Below, in pieces: positions 1 through 12,785 of a stretch of DNA of 64,000 nt. The notes beneath the pieces are model-generated. The model did no database searches. It had not been told where the DNA came from and saw only the letters and a program-made list of their open reading frames with translations. Within the stretch, counting starts at the first letter, position 1. Each line of letters starts with the position of its first letter. Source of the stretch: Octopus vulgaris. Taxonomy: Eukaryota. The stretch spans positions 102,424,001 to 102,488,000 of the forward strand of contig OX597821.1 of NCBI GenBank assembly GCA_951406725.2, given 5' to 3'. The translations under genes were made by a program, and so were the position numbers.

Positions 1-529
1 ATCATCTTTGTAGCTTCCTGTTTTTCTTTTGCCCCCTTTTCCCCTTCAACTCTTTCCCCCCGCCGCCATCACCCCATCGGACCCCCACCTCCCTAAAATT
101 TCCCATCCTATTACACATGCTCGAGTGTGTGAGTGCTTGGTGATGTTTGTAAAATATGGGAGCCGTGTCGTAAACATTAAATTTCACTGAATATGTTTTT
201 AATATTGCTAATTGCTATGGTGCCTCTCCTCTCCGTGTTTCCTTCAGGCCGTTCCTTCACTAGGATATCTAACACACACACACACTAGTTGATGTACTTG
301 GCGGCGGAGCGATGACAACCATTAAGTGTTTGTCTTTTCAGTCACGTCTATTTTTGGATTATTATTCTTATTATTATTGCTCTGTTATAGTCATCCAAAT
401 CAGCTCATGAAAATTTACTTCCTTCTTGACTCAAACGTTCCACTTTCGTGTTTATTCCTTCCTCCCCTTCCCCGTCCTCTATTTTTCTAAGGTTTTTAAT
501 CTCAAATTTTCCTGTTCATTTGTATGTGT

Positions 530-652
530 GCATACACACACACACACATATTTATATACATACATACATACACACATACATGTATATATATATACATACA
601 TACACGTATACATACACATATATATACACGCATACATATATATATATATATA
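530..652. repeat. Compound (CA)/(TA)/(TACA) microsatellite
   Basis: Directly visible; source of the spurious HT/YI-repeat ORFs. Confidence 0.95.
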
Positions 653-937
653 ATTTCGTACTTATATACATCTGTATATACATACAGTGTGTCTGTGGTC
701 CATATCACATAATTTGCTTAATCATTTCGTCATCTGGAGGATAGCACATAACAAGAAACTCTAAGTAATAACGCCATGATTACCTTCAAATGAATAAACT
801 CTATTTCTTGTATTGAGTTCTTTTTCTCTTGCTTCTACTTCCAAACACGTACTTTATATATGTGTGTATGCATATATGTATGTATATATATATATATAAT
901 ATACACTTTTTATTAAAGCTGTGAAATTTTCACAAAA

Positions 938-973
938 CTGTTACTCAGTTTCACATTCCTGTTCGTTGGACAG
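938..973 (-). ncRNA. Degenerate minimal type I hammerhead ribozyme motif, probably a Penelope-like element remnant
   Basis: Minus strand: CUGU-CCAACGA-ACA GGAA UGU-GAAA-CUGAG-UA-ACAG. Stems I, II (GNRA loop) and III are present; the core differs from CUGANGA at two positions. Confidence 0.5.
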
Positions 974-1024
974 CTGTGATTGAGTACTATGTTTCCCACC
1001 TTGTTTTGCACTTATGTGCTTCTC

Positions 1025-1065
<41 letters not shown>

Positions 1066-1965
1066 TTTGTGTGTTCATGGGATGCTTTATCATTTTAAAG
1101 TGTTTATTATTTTGTCTTTTGTGGTTTCTTGCTGTGAATCATCTGGTATTTAATTATAGGTGTACCAGTAAGATACCCAAGGTCCATTCTGTTATAATTT
1201 CTTAATCTACTCTTCCACACCCTTAAAAATGAGGCATGTGTATCTAAGGCAGTATAGTTGTTTTTCTCGATCTGCTCCTATGGCTATATAATGGGTTGCA
1301 TGATTGCATATACATAAAGTCTACTGTTGCACACACAAAACTGTTTTTGTCTTTTCTTTCTTTTTGTCATTGCTAGTTGGCAAAGTCTGCTCAGCTGAAA
1401 GTGGTTAGCACTTTGCCATGGTATATCAAATGGTTCATGTTAAAAAGGAGAACCAGTTGCTGTGCATTTGTGTGTTCTCGTGATAAACACATACATGCAC
1501 ACACCTCATTAGAGAGAGAGAGAGAGATTATGGACTGGCTTATTTAGTGTGGTCTCCCATATCCAAACTTGTTAATGTTCTGAGAAACATTGTTTGAATG
1601 CAAAACGGGATGGTCATAGTTGTAACTCTTTGGATCATATATCTACTTGGCTAGAGTTGAGTTGTGGTTAAACAACAAATAGATACTAGAATTCTGATTG
1701 ACAATTGATATACTAAGCTGCAGAAAGAAGACTTGAAAAATCAATTATGAAAAGCAGGCAAACAAGTGCTGTGACTGGGGTAACTGGAAAATAAGCAGTG
1801 TATCAACCTGATAATTTTAATGTGTATTTAGTTTGTTGTTGTTTAGCTTCAGATCAGTCTGGGTCGAACCAAAATTTATCATGGACTACATTTATGGTGG
1901 ATTGGCAGAATCATTAGAATGTTATTGTGGTATTTAGTTTTAGGCCCTTTACATTCTGGGATTAA

Positions 1966-2185
1966 CCCTTTTGTGTTCAGACTACTCTGTTAAATGTAAT
2001 ATTTTTTCACTCAAATTGTTTTGAATTAATCAAGCATTATCTTATAGCTTTGGGGTTTCAATGATGTGATTGTTTATTTTCAGAATGACATTGTAGGTTA
2101 GGAGTGAGAGGTTAGATATCGCCAGTTTGAATATAAAACATGTAGAATATCTGGGCCAGATATGGCCGGTTTAAACACTAAAGGG
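1966..2185. mobile_element. piggyBac-type MITE family A, 220 bp
   Basis: TTAA at 1962-1965 and 2186-2189; CCCTTT...AAAGGG termini. Related copies at about 2236-2445 (inverted), 2655-2744, 54096-54282 and 59330-59550. Confidence 0.8.
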
Positions 2186-2235
2186 TTAAAGAGATCTGTT
2201 GAGTCAAAGTACCAGTCAGGTAATGGGGCTGGTAC

Positions 2236-2445
2236 TTTAAACTGGCCATATCAGGCCCAAATATTCTGCTTGTTTTATGTTCAAACCATCCAGATCCAGC
2301 CCCTCACACCTACCTTACAATGTCCTTCTAAAAACAAACAATCATATCATTGAGATCTGAAAGCTATGAGACAATGCATGATTAATTCATAACAATGTGA
2401 ATTAAAAAGCAGTACAATTGGCAGAATAATCTGAATGCTAAAGGG
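2236..2445. mobile_element. piggyBac-type MITE family A, inverted relative to 1966-2185
   Basis: Reverse-complement similarity to 1966-2185; ends ctaaaggg+TTAA. Confidence 0.7.
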
Positions 2446-2825
2446 TTAACCAACTGATGCTGGTGTCTCTTAGACTTCTTTAAGCATATGGCTATGAACA
2501 GCCTCAGGAAATATGGTTCTGAAAGACAGATCTGATATAAATGTAGTTTATGTACAAGAGAAATCTATTTTCTGAAAGTAGGGTGATTTGAAGGACATTT
2601 GACTATTTCTAGAAGGTCTACTGACTGCATAAACTTGCTCATTGTTGTAGTAGGGCAGGTGTGAGTGACCAGATCTGGCCAGTCTTATTATATAAAACAG
2701 GTAGAATATTTGAGCCAGATATGGTCAGTTTAAATGTTAAAGGGTTAAAAGCTTGAAAAGATGAACAGCAAAATTGATTATGGTGGGATTTGAATTCAGA
2801 ACATAAGTTCTTTGAGGTGTTTTAT

Positions 2826-3226
2826 CACATCATCATCATCATTATCATTTAACATCCGTTTTTCCATGCTGGCATGGGTTGGACGGTTTGACTGAGAACT
2901 GGCAAGCCAGTACGCTGCACCAGGCTCCAAACTGATCTGGCAAAGATTTTGCAGCTTGATGCTCTTCCTAACGCCAACCACTTGGAGAGCGTAGTGGGTG
3001 CTTTTTATGTGCCACTAGCATGGGAACCAGTTAAGCAGCACTGACATCGACCACGTTCAGATGGTGCTTTTTATGTGCCACTAGCATGGGAGCCAGTTAG
3101 GTAGCACTGACATCGACCACATTTGGATGGTGCTTTTTATGTGCCACTAGCATGGGAGCCAGTTAGGTGGCACTGACATTGATCACGTTCAGATGATTCT
3201 TTTTATGTGCCACTAGCATGGGAGCT
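2826..3226 (-). mobile_element. RTE LINE 3' UTR fragment with about 3.5 tandem 66-bp units
   Basis: (CAT)n tail, family terminal sequence, repeat units starting at 3061, 3127 and 3193. Confidence 0.8.
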
Positions 3227-5549
3227 GTAATTTTCATTCTATGACCAAAAATGAAAAACAATTCCAAACAAATTGTTTATTACTGCAATATATAAGTTTG
3301 TGCTTTTATCTCTGAAAGACATTTAGGTCAACAAGTATTCTTTTACCGTTATGTCAGTTTTGAAGATATTAATTCATTGTTGTTATATGGCAGTATATTG
3401 AGTTCAGCTTTATTATTATTACATCCTGCTGTTTGTTTCATAGCAGCATGGAACATGGACATTAAATATTGATGATGATGGTGTATATTTCCACTGCATT
3501 ACTTCTCTAGTTCACTAAAATATGTTCCAATACATCTGTCAACTGGCTTGGCTTGTTAGTTATAACAACAACATTTTCACAAATCACATCCTATCATCTT
3601 GAAACAAGAAGGTCACATTGGATGCTGTAGTCTTAGATGTTCAAAGAAGAAAGGATGGAAGATCTTTGATCAATTTGTCCTGTCTATTCAATCAGGTTTG
3701 ATTTGGGTGCTAAACAATAATAATAACAACAGAAGCATCTAAGCATACAGAGGTTCAAAGGAAATTAAATGAACTAATAATATCAACCAGCAGACACTTT
3801 GCAGTTCAATCATTATCGTGTGGATAGAATGTATGTCTGCATAAATCTTCATGGGTCTAGAGACCTGACATTTCTGCTTTGATGTTAAAAGCGTAGATTA
3901 AAACTAAACAAACTAAATGGCGAGAAAGTTGAAATTGAACCAAGAGCACTTGTCTAATTGAAACTGTATTGGCATTAACAGTAAAAAAACAAAAACAACA
4001 AAAAACAAAACAATAGCTGTTGGTGTTACTGATGATACATATTAATGATAATGAGTTTGTCTTTTACGAAACAGCAATTGTGTAGCTTTATTCCTACAGT
4101 AGGCTTCTGTTAAATTTATGTTAGATATATTGTGTTTTATATAGATTACTTACATTCATATGATTCATTCATCATCATTGTTAATTGTCTGTTTTCTATG
4201 CTGGCATGAGTTGGATTGTTCAACTGAGCTAGAGGGCTGTGCTGAGCTCCAATATCTTTTGGCATGTCTCTATGCTTGGATGCTCTTCCTAATGCTAAAC
4301 TGCCTTACGGTGTGTCCTGGGCTCTCTTTTCTCAAGGCATCAGCACTGGCAAGGTCACCAAGTAACTTGCAAGACAAGACCCCTTAAGTGAAAGGGGTGT
4401 AGTCTTGAGGGAGGTGGTTTATGCCAAGTGTTGATTGAGGAATAGGAACAGGTGCCCTGCTGTAGAGGCAATATATGGCTGCCCCTGCTGGAGTTGGGTG
4501 TATAAGTTTCTGAGAGTGTGAAAGGAAAGTGACAGATGGTTAGAGATGGGGATAGAGGTGGATACATTGGCAGAGGCATGGTTTATGGTAAATATCAGTT
4601 GCTGGGGGAAATGAAGGAAATATTAGTGGGTCAGAGAGGAGAAGGAGATGATAAGTGACTGTAGTATGGGGGAAGACTTATCAGGACCCATCTTTATTGA
4701 AATTTATGGGTCTTCTCAAGTGCAGCATATTGCCAATCACCTTGGTAATTTGTCATTTCCTTGTTGAGGCTCAACATCTTGAGGTTGGTCTTTGTGACTT
4801 GGTGCCACATCTTCCTGGGTTTCCCTCTTCCACAAATTCATGCTGATTGTTTGCAGTAAATTGTGTGTGTGTTTGTATACATACATTTTGGAGTACAAAC
4901 ATAAGGAAACATACTCTGTTAGTTTTTTTTTTTTAAGCTGAATGATTCACTCTGTTGCTCCATAGAGTTACTTGCTGGTATTTGGTCATTAGGCAATAAA
5001 TAGCACAGAATGTATTTGTAAATAACAATTCAAGGGTGTAAATTAGTGAATCTTTTCAGATTAATTGAACCCTGTACCTTGTGCTAACTGACCAATACAC
5101 CACAAGACCATCTCTACCACAAGGCTCCACTACAGGTGTTTTATCTGTTGGAACTTCCTTATGTAGACTTAAATAGATTAAACACTGTCTAACATAGCAA
5201 AGTAGTCCATCTTGATCAATATATGAATGAGAAATGACTCCAAGGAAAATTAATAAATCAATAATTAATATTGTTACATTTTTGTCACACATACATGCAT
5301 GACACTGAAAGACAAAATGGAATAAGCAGAACAAGAGGAGACTTGTGGGATAGAAAGTCACTGAAGAGGTCACAGAATGTGTGATGAAAGAATTTTGACA
5401 AAGAAACTATAATAATAATAGTAAAGCTGAAGTGATGACCAAATATATTGTGTGTGTGTCTAATTGACAAAAGATGACCAATCAACACATGATTTCATGG
5501 CAAGAATCTTGCAAAATAAATACATATCTTGCAAAATAAATACATAAAC

Positions 5550-5919
5550 AACAAGAGCACTCAGAGAGTGCAAACCTCCGCCAAAGCAACACCAACATCC
5601 TCTCAACAATTAGCCGGAGATGATTTTTAAAATGAGAATATCTTAAATAAACTTGATGGCTCTCACAAATGGGAATACTAAAAATGAATGACCGCTCTCA
5701 AAAATTAAGTAAAAAAAAACAGGGAAAATAATCCAGAATCCTTGTCTGGTACCAGACCGATCCCAAAATCTAATCAGTTCATACCAGTCATGAGGCCAAC
5801 ATCCCTGAAAGTTTCATCCAAATCCATCCAGCAGTTCTTGAGATATCTTGTCCACAGACAAACAAACTAACAAACACGACTGAAAACAATACCTTTGCCT
5901 TAGTGAAGGTGGAGGTAAT
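5550..5919. mobile_element. Non-autonomous Helentron/DINE-like element
   Basis: Subterminal cctccgcc motif, (ACAA)n microsatellite and terminal hairpin tacctttgcctt-agtg-aaggtggaggta. Second copy at 19761-20110. Confidence 0.65.
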
Positions 5920-5950
5920 AGTTAATTGTTCAAATTTTAATTTTTAGCCA

Positions 5951-6306
5951 CAGGCAAAGCTGTGTTGTAAGAAGTTTGCTTCTCAACCATATGACTTTTG
6001 GGTTCAGCCCCACTGTGTGATACTTTAGGCAAGTGTCTTCTACGATAACCTCAGGTCAATTTAAGCCTTGTGAGTGGATTTGGTTGACAGAAACTTGTGT
6101 GTGTGTTTTACTGTCTCCTTGCATTGACATCTGATAGTTGTAAACATATGGTGTCCTTTGTTTGTAGTTTTCTGTGAAAATATATCTGGCCATGGGGAAA
6201 TATTACCTTATTAGTGACAAGAAGGGCATCTAGCCATTGAAAATCTACCTCAGCAATTTCCATTCAGTGCATGCAAGTGGATGTCAAAACGATGATAATG
6301 ATGATG
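5951..6306 (+). mobile_element. tRNA-derived SINE-1 head with RTE-like tail B
   Basis: B-box GGTTCAGCCCC head, (TG)n linker, tail ending catgcaag..tggatgtcaaaacgatgat. Confidence 0.7.
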
Positions 6307-7001
6307 ACATTACATCATTGGTCAATATTCATCTGTTAAGACTTTATAAAACATAATTACAAACTCATTAATGGCAATTGAACCTTACATGTTTTACTGA
6401 TTTGGCATGTGATTAAGAGTTTGCGTTATAGTTAATGGTAAGCACTTAAAGATAAGATAAAATTAATTTAGGATTAATTTGAGATTGAAGATGATGTCAC
6501 TGCAGTGTAAACAGATAGCACGATCACCTGTTTAGGAAGAGGTTCTTTAATATTGTTTATACAAAAAGGAAAAACATCTCAGCTATTAATAATACAGATA
6601 TAACTTATAATGAAGCTGTCAGATATGACGTGTAATATGGCTGTCATGTTAAAAACCTTTACTGCAGCCATTGTGTTCTGTTTCTTGTCAAATCCTATTA
6701 CTCTTCGTTGCTTCAGTTTGTCTACTGACAGGTTCCATGAATGGCTGTGTGGTTAAGAAGCTTGGTTCTTGACTGTATGGTTTTGGGTCCATCATCTTAT
6801 CGTCATTGCTTATATGCTTGGTTTTTTCGATGAGACATCTTGAGGTGGTATTCCACAGCTAGATGTCTTCCCTGATGCCAACCTTTGTTTTCAAGTTAGG
6901 GTCTTTATTTCACTGGTCTTCACATGTTGCACTGTCAAGCTGTGAAACTTGCTGTTTATGCAGACCTAAACAAAACGTTACTGCTACCCAAGTGGTGTCA
7001 A

Positions 7002-7227
7002 CATCATCATTTAGCGTCCGTTTTCCATGCTAGCATGGGTTGGACAGTTCAACTGGGGTCTGTGAAGCCGGAAGGCTGCATCAGGCCCAGTCAGATCTGG
7101 CAGTGTTTCTACGGCTGGATGCCCTTCCTAACGCCAACCACTCCATGAGTGTAGTGGGTGCTTTTTACGTGCCACCCGCACAGGTGCCAGACGGAGCTGG
7201 CAAACGGCCACGAACGGATGGTGCTTT
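7002..7227 (-). mobile_element. Young RTE LINE 3' end
   Basis: Highly similar to the reverse complement of 39965-40193; CpG-rich. Confidence 0.85.
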
Positions 7228-7596
7228 AGGCACAAGGCCAGCAAGTTCAGGGGAGGGGCTAGGTCAATTACATTGATCCCAGCACTCAACTGGTACGTAT
7301 TTTATCAACCCCGAAAGAATGAAAATCATAGCTGACCATGTGAAGATGATAATGCTCACACACATTTGTGTGTGTGTTTCCGTGTTTCTTTGGACTGGTG
7401 TTACTTGGACAATAGTGGTATTTGTTTATGTCCTGCATAAAGAATATATCCAGCAACTCAGCAGTTTGACCCGTGAAGGAAGACCTGTGAAATGTAGTAC
7501 TTTGAAGAATTGGTATCCAGTTGTGGAGTACTACATTCAGTATGGAAAAAGTGGAAGTAACAGCAATGGTTTTATATTTATATGTTTGTGTGTGTA

Positions 7597-7937
7597 TGTG
7601 GCTATGTAGGTAAGAAGTTTGCTTTGCAATCTCATGGCCTTTGGGTTCAGTTCCACTGCGTGACCAATACTGTATGAATGAATTTGGCAGATGGAAAGTA
7701 TGTGGAAGCCCACGAATATATGTGTGTATTTTGGATCTGTGTTTGTTCCCCCCCCTGGCACCACTGTCTGATAATCAGGGTTGATTTGTTTATGTCCTTG
7801 TAACATAGCGGTTTGGCAAAACAGACCAATAGAATAAGTATCAGACTTTAAAACTAAGTATTGGGGGCAACTGGTTTGATTAAAACCCTTCAGTGTGGTG
7901 CTCCAGCATGCTCGCCATCCATTGGCTGACACAAGTA

Positions 7938-7992
<55 letters not shown>

Positions 7993-8200
7993 TACATATA
8001 TATATATGTATGTATATATTTGTGTGTCTGTGTTTGTTCCCTCACCATCACTTAACAACTGATGCTGGTGTGTTTACGTCCCCGTAACTTAGCAATTCGG
8101 CAAAAGAGACCAATAGAATAAGTCTTAGGTTTGGTTTGTTCAACTAAAGACAGTGCTCCAGTGTGGCCACAGTCAAATGACTGAAACAAATGAAAGAATA
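7597..8200 (+). mobile_element. SINE-1 with duplicated tail A, interrupted by (TA)n
   Basis: Head tggctatgtaggtaagaagtttgc..gggttcagttcc followed by two copies of the tail A module. Confidence 0.7.
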
Positions 8201-9642
8201 TATGTATATATACGCACACACACACCTTGGGATTCACAGAAAGGAAGACAGGGGACTGAGACTCCTGGTGGTTTACTGTGCTTGAAGGGATATGTCAAGC
8301 TGAGTAAAAGCAAGGTTACCCTTGCATACAGGCTGAGCATCCCTAATCTTGTGGGCCTGTAGGTGCTGTTGCCTTGTAAAAAGTACTCATGCTGGTGCTG
8401 CACAAAAGCACCCAGTACTCTTTGTAAAATGGTTGGCATTAGGAAAGGCATCTAGCTGGAGAAACCATGCCAAAACAGACAGACAGGGAGCCTGAACAGC
8501 CCTTCAGCTGGTTAGTTCCAGTGAAACTGTCCAACCCTTGCCAATATGGAAAGTGAACTTTAAATGATGATATTAAAAGCTTTACTCCAGCATGGTTTTG
8601 ATGACCTAACAAAAGATTATAATTTATACCTAGTTAGGTGTTAATCAACCTCATTATGTGTTACACATGAGCATGAAACTTTGACTATGTACGATAAATC
8701 GAATGATAAATTTACGCCTTTCTTTTCTTAGTTGCTAACTATTTTAGCAATAAATATGATTTAAAATTTACATGACTACCTGCTGTGTCAACTGCTGCTA
8801 AGTTGTTGAATGTTGGAACTGGCTATGAAGAAAATTAGTGCACTTGCAGCATTTAACAAAGACTTGAGTTTTCATTAAGAATTTTTCTTTTCTTGTCTCC
8901 TATCAATATGTTGATATGAAGCTAGGTTCTTTTTAAAGGCAGCTTTGCTTGGCAACATACTGCTTGTTCGTTGGTGGAGAGGAAATGGGTTTGTCCTGAC
9001 TTTACTTTGTTCGTTGTGACAACCACGATGTGAGATGAATTGCTGTAAAGAAAATTATATTAGAAGCCTGGTTAGATATGTTTTGAGAAATTATGATTTT
9101 GCCATTTTGGTATTAATTTATGAATAGAGAAAGGAAACTTTATTGTTATTTATTTTTAGATTTTAGCAATTTTTTTTTGTGACTTAAATTGCTTCAATTA
9201 ATTCCCATTTGTCATGCTACAAGAAACATATGTTATATTTACTGGGAATGAAACTCAGCTAAGCAGGTCTGTTTAAAAGCTATCATGGCATTTATTGACT
9301 ATACTACAGTGGCTTGACAGCTGTTAAGTTATTTCATATAGCAGCAGTTATAACACGCGCACACATACACACCAGTGTGTGCGTGTTATAACACCATACA
9401 CACCAGTGTGTGTGTGTTTGTAATAATATGTATATATATAAATATGTTTGTATGTATTGCATTTGTACCCTGCCACTGCTTAACAACTGGTGTTGATTTG
9501 TTTACAACCTCATAACTTAGCAGTTTGGCAAAAGAGACCAATAGAATAAGTAGCAGATTTAAAGTAAATACTGGGGTTGGCTTGTTTGACTAAACCCATT
9601 TTTTGTGGTGACCCAGCATGGCCACAATCCCTTAGAAAAACA

Positions 9643-9707
<65 letters not shown>

Positions 9708-10136
9708 GTGAAGGAGAGCTGTGTGAAGAAGTGCCACTCCCAAATAGTGGAAGGAATCTGGGGTAGAGGGTGACCCAGGAAGACATGGGATGAGGTGGTG
9801 AAGCACGACCTTTGAACGTTGGGTCTCACAAAGGCAATGATGTAAAAAGCACCATCCGAACGTGGCTGATGCCAGCGCCACCTTGACTGGCTTCCGTGCC
9901 AGTGGCATGTAAAAAGCACCAGCCGATCATGGTCAATGCCAGCTCCTCTGGCCCCTTGTGCTGGTGGCACATAAAAAGCACCCACTACACTCTTGGAGTG
10001 GTTGGCGTTAGGAAGGGCATCCAGGTGTAGAAACATTGCCAGATCAGATTGGGGCCTGGTGCATCCTCCTGGCTTCTCAGACCCCAGTTGAACCGTCCAA
10101 CCCATGCCAGCATGGAAAATGAACGTTAAGTGATGA

Positions 10137-10140
<4 letters not shown>
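9708..10140 (+). mobile_element. 5'-truncated RTE LINE: ORF C-terminus remnant, 3' UTR and (GAT)n tail
   Basis: Translates ESCVKKCHSQIVEGIWGRG*PRKTWDEVVKHDL, the RTE C-terminal RGRPRKTW motif. Confidence 0.85.
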
Positions 10141-10187
<47 letters not shown>

Positions 10188-10483
10188 TGCACACATACAT
10201 GGAGAGCCACCTGCAGCAACTGCAAGAAGGTCCAGACCATCAACAAATGTCTTCAGCAGATCCTTCATCTGAAGTGGTTTGATAAAGTGCCAAACACCGA
10301 CCTGTGGGAAAGGGCCAACCAAGGAAAGAACCCTCAAATGTGACACAAATGCACACACCCATCAATTTTGAATATGTCTGTATATGTGTTATCGAGGGAT
10401 CAGGTGTTAGTGTTTGAACTGATGATCTTACAATCATGATGCTGACACCCTAACCACTAAGCCACGCACCTTCACTAAATAAT

Positions 10484-10725
10484 AAATGCGCCCTTTTAAA
10501 GCCTAGCCAGACTCATGGGCCTGGTTTCTATGGCGTATGTGTTCCTCGGCTGCACGGGACGCCAGTCCATCGCAGCGTTACTAATTTTTGCCAGCTGAGG
10601 GAACTGGAGCAACGTGAAATGAAGTGTTTTGCTCAAGAACACAACGTGTCGCTTGGTCCAGGAATCGAAACCACAATCTTATGATCATGGTGCTGACACC
10701 CTAACCACTAAGCCACGTGCCTCCA
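10484..10725 (-). mobile_element. tRNA-derived SINE-3 variant; partial head duplicate at about 10426-10475
   Basis: Minus strand has TGGCTTAGTGG A-box and GTTTCGATTCC B-box, then ttgtgttcttgagcaaaacactt. Confidence 0.75.
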
Positions 10726-10869
10726 CGATGGTATAGTTAGCTTACGTAGAAATCTTTGTTCAATAACATTTACTCTATATTCTCAGCTATTCTCGAAACA
10801 GCTGTAAGAGACTTTACATATTTGCTACAACTTCTCTGCACTGTTTAAATTATAAATTAAATACTTTAA

Positions 10870-11951
10870 CCCTTTCGTTACCAAACCGCCCAAAGCCGCC
10901 CGAAAAAAATTTTGGTTTATGAGACCAAACCGCCCAAAGCCGCCCGAATTTACCTATTCATATTTAAATGAGAATATCAGAGCAAATCTCTTCAGTACAT
11001 TCGTGAAAACACGTATTATACTTCGTAAACAGTTCAACTACAGTTTTGTACAATAATCGAAGTGTAATTTTAATTCCGTGAATTTTGGGAGATTTTTTTC
11101 CGAAATTTGTTCCTATTGTGTTTTCAAAATTTGTAATTCTGACAAAAAATGGATACGAATTTCATTATATCAAGCAGCGAGTCAGAATTCGAAGGATTTT
11201 CTACTGAAGACCTTCATAAATCTAACTCTATGACTGAAAAAAAAAAAGCATGGTATTTGATAATGAATCTGATGTTTCATTTTCCGAAAGTGAAAACTGT
11301 GAATCCGAGAGCTCCGACAGCGATAAAGAAAACGAATTGGCACCTGAATGGAGTGAAAATTTAAAAACTGTTTCTTTTGGTGATTTTTCTGAAGATGGAC
11401 CAAGCCACAGACTTTCCCAGAAGGGTAAAGCCTTAGACTATTTCTATTTACTTTTTCGAATGAGCCTATTTGAAATCATTACGGCAGAAACGAACCGTTA
11501 CGCTAAACGTAAACAAAGCGAAAGAAAGGATAGTTTGTGGTTTCCCACAACCTTAAATGAAATTAAGACTATTTTGCCATAAATATTATTATGGGTATCA
11601 GAAAGTTACCCAGAATAATAAATTCTATCGTAAAATTTTGTTGTATACCCAATTGAATATTAGCTAATAACCCATTTTCTATAGCAATGTTTGAACAAAA
11701 TTTTAATAATTTTATATTTTGTGGAATTTACCTGTATCTACCTGCAATTAGAGTCACTTTGTGACAAAAATTATAGTATAGAATTGGTTGAGAATATTTC
11801 ATTAAATTATCTTCCAAAAATCAGATTAATATATCGATAAATAAAAAAGTTATAGTTGTTTAATGAAACCAGACTAAATTTATGATTATGTTAGAAATTA
11901 ATTGAAACACATAAGGGGTGTAATTTGGTCAGAAATATAGTAACGAAAGGG
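10870..11951 (+). mobile_element. Internally deleted piggyBac element, copy 1 (1082 bp)
   Basis: TTAA TSD (10866-10869, 11952-11955) and 12-bp TIR CCCTTTCGTTAC. Encodes a frameshifted piggyBac/PGBD-like N-terminus (acidic tract, LDYFYLLF..EIITAETNRYA..W.PTT..EIK, ..INIIMGIRKLP); catalytic domain absent. Confidence 0.92.
11149..11620 (+). pseudogene. Truncated, frameshifted piggyBac transposase N-terminus
   Basis: ORFs 11149-11364 and 11250-11582 together give one PGBD-like N-terminal peptide. Confidence 0.8.
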
Positions 11952-12377
11952 TTAAAGTGATACCACATTTTGCTTACTCATTCTCTGTTTCTAACACACA
12001 CACTCACACATGCAGGTATGTTAAATATACTTTGCTGTTAAGGATCATTTTACCAATTATGTATTATATGCAACCTTTTTCCTTTTGTAATAATGTAGGG
12101 TTTAACGACATGTTATTGTATGTGTGTTTTTTGTTTATTTATACATAATTTCTCGTGTGTATGTAAATTTAAAATGTATTTTGAGATTACAGGTTTATTA
12201 GACTTGATATCCTGGTTTTCTGTGACATTTAAGACAACTCAGCCCCTGAGCATGTCACCAATCTGGTGCAGAGTCTCCACAATTGTTGCTGGTACTTATT
12301 GTCAGCTGAGTGGAATGAAGGAATGTGAAACTTCCCTATTATTACATATTATATAAATATATAAAAGATATGTAATA

Positions 12378-12533
12378 TACCATATTTATTCATTGTATAT
12401 GTAATACTATTTCATACTGGATTGGGGTGTGACTTATAATCAGGGCAAAGCTATAACTATGAAGCGAAAGAATGTTGTATCAATGTTTAATTCTAAATAA
12501 GCAAGTATGACTTATACAAGAATGAATACAGTA
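12378..12533. mobile_element. pogo/Tigger-like MITE
   Basis: Imperfect TIRs of about 30 bp: taccatatttattcattgtatatgtaatact / agtatgacttatacaagaatgaatacagta, with TA ends. Confidence 0.6.
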
Positions 12534-12785
12534 TATATAGTTAAAATTGATCATTATTTTGAAGCAAATTATTTTTCTCATTAACATTTTTGGCTTTGTC
12601 AATTAAAGCATCATATACATTTTAATTCATCTTGTAAACAGACTTTTTCTTTGAAGAAGTTCTTTTTATACCTGGTTTCTTTTGCTATATTATATATGTC
12701 TTTTGGAAGAAGTGCCATTGATTTTTAAGTTAAAGAAAATGCAGATTCTATTTTAACAAATATGTTCCATTCTATAGATGTTTAA

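Noticed and set aside
426-744. ORFs rich in HT/YI/CV repeats here and at 7537, 9510, 29708, 41116 and 49414
   Set aside because: Translations of microsatellites.
7040-7276. Recurrent MDGSTGV..LDALPNANHS..VVGAFYVPPA ORFs that look like a protein family
   Set aside because: Antisense readings of the RTE 3' UTR; frames are not conserved between copies.
10795-10806. GAAACAGCTGTA, resembling a hammerhead 3' half
   Set aside because: No CUGANGA half upstream; at most a truncated remnant.
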